From Deltaproteobacteria bacterium (GTDB taxonomy: Bacteria > Myxococcota_A > Polyangia > JAAYKL01): DNA of 64,000 nt. A model generated the notes under the pieces. That model did not search any database. It was not told the origin of the DNA and saw nothing but the letters and a program-made list of their open reading frames with translations. The stretch spans positions 70,664-134,663 of the forward strand of contig JAFGXQ010000045.1 in assembly GCA_016936575.1 (NCBI GenBank). Direction: 5' to 3'. A program made the translations under genes and the position numbers. Below are positions 57,116 to 64,000 of the stretch, piece by piece (position 1 is the first letter of the stretch; every line of letters begins with the position of its first letter).

Positions 57116-57706
57116 ATGAACGTGAAATCAGCAATGATAGTTGGATTGGCGGTGGCTGGACTCAGCGGATGTAACGCGAAAAAAAATGATATTGAAGACC
57201 TGGGGCGCGCCAACGCGCCGGCTCAGTCAACTCAGACCCCAGCGCCGACCGGCCAGATGCCTTCGGGAATGGTGGAGACCGCAAGCACAGGAAAAGTTCA
57301 TAGCGGCACCATTCTGGAAACCATTGACGTATCCAACTACACCTACATTCGATTCAAGGACAATCAGAATCTAGAACATTGGGCTGCAGTGCTGAAGGGC
57401 AAGTTCGAAAAAGGACAGCCGGTATCAATTGTGGAATCCATCGTGCAAAAGAACTTCAACAGCCCTTCACTGAATCGAACATTTGAAACCATTATTTTCG
57501 GAAACGTGAAAGGCGCCGGAGCACCTACCGCCGATATGGCGCCGCAGGGAGCGCTGCCCGCCGGGCATCCCCCCATCGATGGTTCGAAAGCCGCTCCCGA
57601 AGCCGCTCTGCCGGAAGGTCACCCCCCGGTGGAAGGCAATGCCCCCAAAACCTCTCTCCCCGAAGGCCACCCACCCATCAGCAACATCGCCGACACTGCC
57701 GAATAA
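57116..57706 (+). CDS. Lipoprotein with a triple C-terminal LP(A/E)GHPP(I/V) motif (candidate metal-binding repeats)
   Basis: Lipobox LSGCN. ALPAGHPPIDG, ALPEGHPPVEG, SLPEGHPPISN. Confidence 0.5.
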   Translation: MNVKSAMIVGLAVAGLSGCNAKKNDIEDLGRANAPAQSTQTPAPTGQMPSGMVETASTGKVHSGTILETIDVSNYTYIRFKDNQNLEHWAAVLKGKFEKGQPVSIVESIVQKNFNSPSLNRTFETIIFGNVKGAGAPTADMAPQGALPAGHPPIDGSKAAPEAALPEGHPPVEGNAPKTSLPEGHPPISNIADTAE

Positions 57707-57795
57707 AGAAGCCGATCTCTTAGCGCAATCTATTTTCAAGCGAAACAGATAAAGATGAAGAACGTTTTCACATCTTTTAACAAGAGGAAACCTCA

Positions 57796-58146
57796 ATGAA
57801 CCCGGTAATCATCACTATTTGTATGCTGGTCTGCAGTAATATTTTCATGACATTCGCATGGTACGGCCATTTGAAAGAGCTAAACAACAAAACGTGGATC
57901 GTGGCTGCGTTAATCAGTTGGGGAATTGCGCTGTTTGAATATCTTCTGCAGGTACCTGCGAATCGAATTGGCTACAAGGTGCTGACAGTCGGTGAGCTGA
58001 AAATTATTCAGGAAGTAATTACACTGAGTATTTTCGTACCGTTCTCATATTTCTATTTAAAGGAACCCCTGAAAATCGATTATTTGTGGGCGGGTATCTG
58101 CCTGGTCGGCGCTGTATACTTCATGTTCAGAAGTCGGTTCGCATAA
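57796..58146 (+). CDS. DMT-superfamily small membrane protein (DUF486-like, 4 TM)
   Basis: 116 aa, four hydrophobic helices, with a conserved-looking WYGHLK. Confidence 0.55.
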   Translation: MNPVIITICMLVCSNIFMTFAWYGHLKELNNKTWIVAALISWGIALFEYLLQVPANRIGYKVLTVGELKIIQEVITLSIFVPFSYFYLKEPLKIDYLWAGICLVGAVYFMFRSRFA

Positions 58147-58195
58147 AATACACACCCACATCTTGCGCACCGCACGCATATAGCCTCTGAAACGG

Positions 58196-58924
58196 TCAGA
58201 TACCTGAACCGTCGGTGAAATTCATGCCGCAATAGGCAGGGCCGGTTCGTTCTCCCTCGCGTAGATGACGCCAACGCCCCGCGCGAGCATCTTCTCCGGG
58301 CAACACCGGGGTGGTGCAGCAGCCGCATCCGATACTCGGATACCCCAGCGCGTGCAGGGAATGTACAGGTACATGGTGTTTGAGCAGATAGGCATCGATG
58401 TCTTCCTGGCTCCAATCTACAAGAGGGTAAACCGAATACCCTGAAAAGCGCGGATCCTCAGCAACAACCTCGATGCTCCCCCTTGCCTGCCCTTCCGCCC
58501 TGCGAAGTCCCCCCACAACAGCCGTTTTCTTCTGTTGTTTCATGTATCGCAGAAACGGTTTGCCTTTGCGCAAATCGCAGCACACGGGCTGACCCTCACT
58601 GGTCTTGAATAATTTGCAGCGATACTGTTCTTCCTGCTGCTCCGGGGTAAGCGTCGGGTACAATGTGACAATCGGCAGCGCGTAACTTTCAATAAATTGA
58701 TCGCGCAGTAGCAGCGTTTCATGAAAATGATACCCTGTATCTACAAACAGAATTTTATTCTTCAACCCCAATGTATGAAACATATGCATTAAAACCGAAG
58801 CGGTTTTTTGCATACTGGAAAGGAGCACCAGCCCGTCACCGAACTGTTCCACCGCGAACGAAATCCGTCCCGCAGCATCTCGCTCTTCCATCGATGTATT
58901 CATTTGTTTCAGATTCAGCGTCAT
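58196..58924 (-). CDS. cysH: Adenylyl-sulfate (APS/PAPS) reductase, thioredoxin-dependent, with Fe-S Cys motifs
   Basis: N-terminal PAPS-reductase fold (FGDGLVLLSSMQKTASVLMHMFH...FVDTGYHFHETL). A CC pair (PVCCDLRKGKP) plus SIGCGCCT match the CC...CxxC [4Fe-4S] signature of APS reductases. Start preferred at MTLNLKQ. Confidence 0.8.
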   Translation of the reverse strand: MTLNLKQMNTSMEERDAAGRISFAVEQFGDGLVLLSSMQKTASVLMHMFHTLGLKNKILFVDTGYHFHETLLLRDQFIESYALPIVTLYPTLTPEQQEEQYRCKLFKTSEGQPVCCDLRKGKPFLRYMKQQKKTAVVGGLRRAEGQARGSIEVVAEDPRFSGYSVYPLVDWSQEDIDAYLLKHHVPVHSLHALGYPSIGCGCCTTPVLPGEDARAGRWRHLREGERTGPAYCGMNFTDGSGI

Positions 58925-58945
58925 CTGCGTTGTCCAACCATCCAA

Positions 58946-60724
58946 TTACGAATCGAGTTTCACACACCCGATTCGAGAAAGTCGCTTCATGGAAATCGCC
59001 TGTGTCGGGCACACACGGAGACATTTTCCACAGCGAATGCAATCCTGATTATCAATATATATAAAGGTGGTATCTTTTGACAGCTCCGCTTCAAACACTT
59101 TGGTGGGAAACCCGTCGTCATCGCAATAAATCTGTGCCGCCTTTTTGATACACTCCCTTGGCGCCGCCTGGATACACCAATCGCAATGGATACATAAATC
59201 CTGATCGATTTCAAACTTGTACTGACACAGATAACATCTGGTCGCGGCCACTTGCGCAATCTCAGGGGTAAACCCAGTCTCCACCTCTGCCTGGTTTTCA
59301 AATCGCCCCACTACATCAAGCATCGGCATCGGAAGCGCCCACTGGATGTCGTGGTCCCGAAATCGTCCGGTTTCTCCATCACAATCAGTGGTTTCCACCC
59401 GCACCCCCTCCACGTAGCGCGTTTGTCCCATCAGATGCGTGTCCACCACTTGCGCGGTCTTCTTCCCGGATGCCACCGCGGTAATCACGTCGGCACTGGT
59501 TCCCTCAAAATCTCCTGTGGCGAACAAATTCTCCTTCGAAGTACGAATTCCATCGAGTTCAATACCGTTTGGCAAAATGCGTGGATCGGACCGCTGCCCA
59601 ATAGCCAGAATCAACACGTCACAAGGAATCTCAACTTCGCTTTCATTCAGAGTTTCGATTGCCGGCTTGCGACGAGTATCGCCCGCCTTCACCACGTTGC
59701 GCTCACAAACGAGTATTCCTCGGGAACCGTCTGTTTTCCATCGTTTGGGAGACAGCAGCGTACGCACAGCCACGTCTTCTTCGCGCATGGCTTTGAATTC
59801 ATTTTTGTCAGCCGCCATGGAAGCTTCTGTCCGCCGATACACAATGGATACCGCGGAATCCGCAGAAACCAAACGCCGTGCGGCGCGGGCACAATCCACT
59901 GCAGTGAACCCGCCGCCGACAACTACCACATTGCCCGACAGCGCGGGCAGTTCCCCCCGATTGTAGCGTTTCATGAAGTCAAGACCGGTAAATCGTTGTG
60001 TCTCATCATCACCCACGCCGTCAATGGTTGTCTGATTACTTAGGGTTGTACCGGTGGCAACAATTACCGCATCGTTCTCTTCAATCAGGATGCTCATTTC
60101 AGACGCGCCGACCGCGCATCCGGTCTGAATGGTCACTCCTCCGTCCTGAATGAGCGCGATTTCCGCAGCTACAATGTCTCGGGGCAATCGAAACGCGGGA
60201 ATCCCGTCCACCAGCATACCCCCGGGAAGGGGTTCCTTCTCCAGTACGGTCACTTGATGTCCCAACCGATTCAACTCCCGCGCCGCAGTGAGTCCGGCGG
60301 GCCCAGCCCCCACGATGGTCACCTTCTTGCCGGAGGGTCCAAAATGGGGCGCCAACGGCGTCTGAGTGTTTGCGATGTGATCCGCCGCATACCGCTTGAG
60401 ATGACAAATCTGAACCGGTCCTTCCACATTCGTCCAATTGTGGCGACACTCGTCTTCACACACCCGTGTACAGATTCGTCCAAGAACACCGGGAAACACG
60501 TTGTCTTCCAGATTGATGCGATACGCCGCGTCATGTTCCCCTCTGGCAATGTGTTCAATGTACCCGGGCACATTGGTTTTGGCCGGGCACGCTTCCTGAC
60601 ACGGTATCGCTTTGCCAATCGTTTTCAAATCAAGCGGGGATGTCCCCACACCGGTCTGCACCGAATTCTCTTTGGGCTTTTGCGCTTTTTGATATTCAAA
60701 TCTCACCGTACACCGCCTTTTCAA
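58946..60724 (-). CDS. GltD-like NAD(P)H-dependent FAD oxidoreductase with extra 2x[4Fe-4S] ferredoxin domain; probable electron-donor subunit for the adjacent sulfite reductase
   Basis: N-terminal Fe-S (CQEACPAKTNVP...GRICTRVCEDEC) as in glutamate synthase small subunit. Two dinucleotide sites (VTIVGAGPAGLTAA, VVVVGGGFTAVDCA). C-terminal CYLCQYKF..CIHCDWC and CIRCGKCLRVCP. It overlaps the sulfite reductase gene by 29 nt. Confidence 0.7.
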   Translation of the reverse strand: MKRRCTVRFEYQKAQKPKENSVQTGVGTSPLDLKTIGKAIPCQEACPAKTNVPGYIEHIARGEHDAAYRINLEDNVFPGVLGRICTRVCEDECRHNWTNVEGPVQICHLKRYAADHIANTQTPLAPHFGPSGKKVTIVGAGPAGLTAARELNRLGHQVTVLEKEPLPGGMLVDGIPAFRLPRDIVAAEIALIQDGGVTIQTGCAVGASEMSILIEENDAVIVATGTTLSNQTTIDGVGDDETQRFTGLDFMKRYNRGELPALSGNVVVVGGGFTAVDCARAARRLVSADSAVSIVYRRTEASMAADKNEFKAMREEDVAVRTLLSPKRWKTDGSRGILVCERNVVKAGDTRRKPAIETLNESEVEIPCDVLILAIGQRSDPRILPNGIELDGIRTSKENLFATGDFEGTSADVITAVASGKKTAQVVDTHLMGQTRYVEGVRVETTDCDGETGRFRDHDIQWALPMPMLDVVGRFENQAEVETGFTPEIAQVAATRCYLCQYKFEIDQDLCIHCDWCIQAAPRECIKKAAQIYCDDDGFPTKVFEAELSKDTTFIYIDNQDCIRCGKCLRVCPTQAISMKRLSRIGCVKLDS

Positions 60725-62276
60725 AATAACCGAGCCCCACCCGATTCACACAGTCGGTCAAAAATTCATCAGATATGCGTACCGCGACAAACGCATTCAG
60801 CACCAATCGCAGCATCTCCTCGCAATCACTCAATTTAAATTCTCCCAACTTCTGTCCAAAGGCAGTCTGCGAACCGCCGAGCAGAACTTCGTACCCTTCC
60901 ACAGAACCGGACTCTTCCCGAATGCGCATGCCCCGAAAGCCGATATCGGCAATACGGTAAGGTGAACACGAGTTGGGGCAACCGGTGATATTGATGACAC
61001 CGCTTTGCGCAATCGATTCATATCGAGGCTCTCCGACCACGCGCTGCACAATATCAAACAATGCCCGCGTCTGAGTGACCGCCTTGGGGCAATACGTGGT
61101 CCCCACACAACTGACAATATCACTGAGAGTGAAGCTGCCGGACGTTTGATACCCCAATGCACGGATTTCGCTCTCCAACGCTTTCACATCGCTCGGCGCA
61201 ACCCCCTGAAACTGCAGATTCTGCCGATTAGATGTGTATACCCGCTGATTGGCATATCGCTCCGACAACTCGGCCATCCGGTAAAATGTCGAAAAAGAAA
61301 GCTCCCCTTTGGGAACAATCACCCGCACCGTGTGCTGTCCATCTGTCCCTTGTGGGGAATCGTCGAGAAGCGGCCGCAGTGAGAACGGAACGCCTTCATC
61401 TGTGACTGGTTCAACGATGATATCATCCGAGGACACATTTTCTGTATGCAGATTACTTATTACTTCCGTTCGGCAGAAATCGATGCCCTTGCGATGCACC
61501 ACAAATTTCAGACGCGACTTGGCGCGATTGAACCGATCTCCATGCTCTCGAAACAGTATCGCCACCGCACGACACACCTGTTTTACTTTGTTGTGCGGCA
61601 CGAAACCGAACAGTGATTCGGCCACGAACGGCTTCCACCCCATACCGCCGCCGATAACCACCTTATACCCCGGAACACCGTTGTGAATGACACCGGAAAG
61701 CCCCACACAGTTGATATGGGGTTGGGCGCAATCGGCACCACACCCCGAAAAATTTATTTTAAACTTTCGAGGCAGATCATCCAGGTCGCGGCACATACCC
61801 AAAAACTCAGCCATCTCAACCGCCGCAGCGCGGGCATCCAATCGTCGGTACGCGCAAGTTTCCGCCAATGGGCACGCGGTCACGTTGCGAGTCACATCGC
61901 CGCAACCGTGTTTGGTCGAGTTCCCGTATTCACCCAGCTCCCGAAGCATGTCTGCCAGGTTTCCCACCTTCAGCCAATGAAACTGCAGCGCCTGCCGTGT
62001 GGTCACATTCACAATACCCTGCCCGTATTTCTCGGCAATTCCGGCGATATTCTTGGCCTGGGCACTGGTAATCACGCCTCCGGGAATCACAATTCGCGCC
62101 ATATGATTTCCCGGCTGTCTGCTTTTGTAAATACCGTACCACTTTGCAATACTGCTGTCGTCCGCCTGCATGGCCCCTTTTTTGGCCATCTCATCAAAAT
62201 CCAGGAAGAGGCCGGCGGCCTTGATATCTTCGTCTTCACTACGACGAGTGAACGTCAGTTTTTTAGGCATTGCCAC
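60696..62276 (-). CDS. Sulfite (or nitrite) reductase hemoprotein, siroheme/[4Fe-4S] (NirA/CysI family)
   Basis: Duplicated NIR/SIR modules with cluster Cys in TKHGCGDVTRNVTACP and ...GCPNSCSPYRIADIGF. 526 aa. In an operon with cysH, cysK and cobA. Confidence 0.8.
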   Translation of the reverse strand: MAMPKKLTFTRRSEDEDIKAAGLFLDFDEMAKKGAMQADDSSIAKWYGIYKSRQPGNHMARIVIPGGVITSAQAKNIAGIAEKYGQGIVNVTTRQALQFHWLKVGNLADMLRELGEYGNSTKHGCGDVTRNVTACPLAETCAYRRLDARAAAVEMAEFLGMCRDLDDLPRKFKINFSGCGADCAQPHINCVGLSGVIHNGVPGYKVVIGGGMGWKPFVAESLFGFVPHNKVKQVCRAVAILFREHGDRFNRAKSRLKFVVHRKGIDFCRTEVISNLHTENVSSDDIIVEPVTDEGVPFSLRPLLDDSPQGTDGQHTVRVIVPKGELSFSTFYRMAELSERYANQRVYTSNRQNLQFQGVAPSDVKALESEIRALGYQTSGSFTLSDIVSCVGTTYCPKAVTQTRALFDIVQRVVGEPRYESIAQSGVINITGCPNSCSPYRIADIGFRGMRIREESGSVEGYEVLLGGSQTAFGQKLGEFKLSDCEEMLRLVLNAFVAVRISDEFLTDCVNRVGLGYFEKAVYGEI

Positions 62277-62282
62277 TCCTCT

Positions 62283-63203
62283 CTAATCCTCATAAAACAA
62301 CAACGTGGACGTATACCGTTCAGCGGTATCAGGAAGAACCACCGCAATTTGTCTGCCTCGGTTCTCCGGACGCGCGGCAATACGATACGCCGCCGCCATC
62401 GCCGCGCCGGAAGAGATGCCCACAAGCAGGCATTCATCGCGCGCCAGCTGCTTGGCGGTTTCTATCGCATCGGCACTGGAAACCGGAATCACTACATCAA
62501 TCACAGCGGTGTCCAACGTTTTGGGAATAAAGCCGGCGCCGATTCCCTGAATCATATGCGGGCCTGCGGGCTCTCCGGACAATACGGCAGATTCGGCGGG
62601 CTCAACCGCCACCACATGAACATCGGCGTTTTTTTCCTTCAGATACTTTCCCGCTCCTGATATGGTTCCACCGGTTCCCACGCCGGCGACAAAAATGTCC
62701 ACCTGACCGCTCAATGCGTCCCATATTTCGGGGCCGGTGTTCCGATAATGCACATCGGGATTGGCGGGGTTCTCGAACTGTCGCGGCATGAAAGCCCCCA
62801 GTTCGCTGCAAAGCGATTCCGCCTCTGAAATGGCTCCCCGCATTCCGTCCCGACCTTCGGTCAGCACCAATTTCGCTCCCAGTGCACGCAGCAGCTTTCT
62901 GCGCTCAATACTCATCGATTCAGGCATCACCAAAACCACCGGATATCCCCGTTGTCTTCCTACTACAGCCAATCCAATACCGGTATTTCCCGATGTGGGT
63001 TCCACAATCGTCATTCCGGCGGCCAATGATCCGTCCTGTTCGGCCGCATCAATCATCGACAGCGCAATACGATCTTTTACCGATGAGCCGGGATTGCTGC
63101 ATTCCAACTTTCCAAAAATCGCGCACGGTGACGCATTCCGGGAAATCGGTACCAGCGGTGTGTTTCCGATCAGAGATAATATCGGGCGAGGTGCGCGTTC
63201 CAT
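62283..63203 (-). CDS. cysK: Cysteine synthase (O-acetylserine sulfhydrylase, PLP-dependent)
   Basis: IGNTPLV, PLP-lysine context SNPGSSVKDRIA, glycine loop VAGVGTGGTISG, SSGAA. Start preferred at MERAPRP. Confidence 0.85.
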   Translation of the reverse strand: MERAPRPILSLIGNTPLVPISRNASPCAIFGKLECSNPGSSVKDRIALSMIDAAEQDGSLAAGMTIVEPTSGNTGIGLAVVGRQRGYPVVLVMPESMSIERRKLLRALGAKLVLTEGRDGMRGAISEAESLCSELGAFMPRQFENPANPDVHYRNTGPEIWDALSGQVDIFVAGVGTGGTISGAGKYLKEKNADVHVVAVEPAESAVLSGEPAGPHMIQGIGAGFIPKTLDTAVIDVVIPVSSADAIETAKQLARDECLLVGISSGAAMAAAYRIAARPENRGRQIAVVLPDTAERYTSTLLFYED

Positions 63204-63327
63204 CTTTTCTCCTGTCTTTATATATACCGACAGCTGTGGAACTGACGGCATCGAACAGTGGAATACTGGTACTCATATACTTTAATAAAACAGAATGCAA
63301 TTGAATGTTTTTTTTTTCAGGGTCTGC

Positions 63328-64000
63328 CTAAAGACCGGGCGCTTCGGGAAACCACTGAAGCTCACGACGCAGAGAAACCACATCCCCGACCACGATGAGC
63401 ACCGGCCTCGGAAACTCGGAATATGCCGACGATTCGCAATTCGCTGCTTCCGCCACCGTCGTCTCGTACACGGTCTGCTCGGGAAGTGTGCCTCTTGATA
63501 TCAGCGCCACCGGGCAATGCCCTGGTTTGCCGTGCTGAATCAGCTTCTGTGCTATTTCAGACAGGCGATGCGCCCCCATCAGAAAAACCACCGTTCCAGC
63601 GCTGTCGGCAATCCCCGCCCAATTGATTCGGCTTTCGGTCTTGGACGGCGCTTCATGGCCGGTCACCACTTGAAAAAACGAAGCGCAATGTCTGTCTGTC
63701 ACCGGAATCCCGGCGTATGCCAACGCGGCGACCGCAGAAGTGACTCCAGAGATTATTTCATACGGAACCTGCGCCTCCCGCAGGGCGCGCATTTCCTCTG
63801 TTACCCGACCGAACACACATGGGTCGCCCCCTTTCAGCCGGCACACTATCTTTCCCTCCAGTGCCAACTGAACCATCAGCGCGTTAATATCTTCCTGGCG
63901 ATGCAGCCGGCAGCCCGCGCGCTTCGAGGTATCGAACAGCTCTTTTTCCCGAGCATCGACATTTGACAGCATCGCAGGATTCACCAACCCGTCGTGCAGA
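63328..64000 (-). CDS. cobA: Uroporphyrinogen-III C-methyltransferase (siroheme synthesis), partial; the N-terminus lies beyond the window end
   Basis: LKGGDPCVFGRVTEE (GGDPxxFGRGxEE), VPYEIISGVTSAVAALAYAGIPVTDR, VVFLMG. The frame is open to the window edge. Confidence 0.75.
   Translation of the reverse strand, partial: LHDGLVNPAMLSNVDAREKELFDTSKRAGCRLHRQEDINALMVQLALEGKIVCRLKGGDPCVFGRVTEEMRALREAQVPYEIISGVTSAVAALAYAGIPVTDRHCASFFQVVTGHEAPSKTESRINWAGIADSAGTVVFLMGAHRLSEIAQKLIQHGKPGHCPVALISRGTLPEQTVYETTVAEAANCESSAYSEFPRPVLIVVGDVVSLRRELQWFPEAPGL

Noticed and set aside
1-64000. CRISPR arrays, rRNA, tRNA, insertion sequences, integrases or transposases
   Set aside because: None seen. The only repeats are the coding acidic-tether repeats and the three-unit repeat at 40151..40272. 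There are no inverted terminal repeats, no transposase-like or integrase-like ORFs, and no regularly spaced repeat-spacer arrays.

Overview
The window is 64 kb from a diderm (Gram-negative-type) bacterium with moderate-to-high GC and no rRNA, tRNA or CRISPR that I could see. The reading is from sequence only, with no searches run; it contains about 50 protein genes, mostly on the minus strand. At least 14 are predicted lipoproteins, each with a signal peptide, a lipobox Cys and a long acidic D/S/T/G-rich tether encoded by near-perfect DNA tandem repeats. The lineage cannot be named from this evidence, but an environmental Deltaproteobacteria-like or Myxococcota-like organism is plausible, given a Geobacter CbcL-like multiheme c/b cytochrome, mutAB-meaB and the lipoprotein bias. 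Recognisable housekeeping genes are the partial 11-heme cytochrome c fused to a di-heme b membrane domain, an HX4D acyltransferase, a FapA/DUF342 protein, mutA-mutB-meaB, slyD, a Nif3-like protein, a Ser/Thr kinase, a receiver-only response regulator with an Hpt protein, and a steroid 5-alpha-reductase plus 3beta-HSD-like SDR pair. A complete assimilatory sulfate-reduction operon is also present: cobA (partial), cysK, a sulfite reductase hemoprotein, a GltD-like Fe-S flavoprotein and cysH. The main candidate for an undescribed system is a run of about 13 co-directional minus-strand genes at 15.5-33.2 kb. It combines a membrane-anchored PAPS-type sulfotransferase, a FabH-like KAS III, a CE4 deacetylase and a CHI-fold protein with two paralogous arylsulfotransferase-like beta-propellers and an outer-membrane lipid export module (MMPL, LolA-like carrier, FadL-like barrel, second OM barrel). 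I read this as biosynthesis and export of a sulfated or phenolic envelope lipid, supplied by the in-window sulfate assimilation operon. Secondary points of interest are the hypervariable coding tandem repeats, a three-unit tandem repeat ending in a terminator downstream of meaB (possible sRNA or structured 3' UTR), an orphan WYL-domain regulator with an upstream inverted repeat, a tandem GILT-like thiol-reductase lipoprotein, and a lipoprotein with three LPxGHPP motifs.
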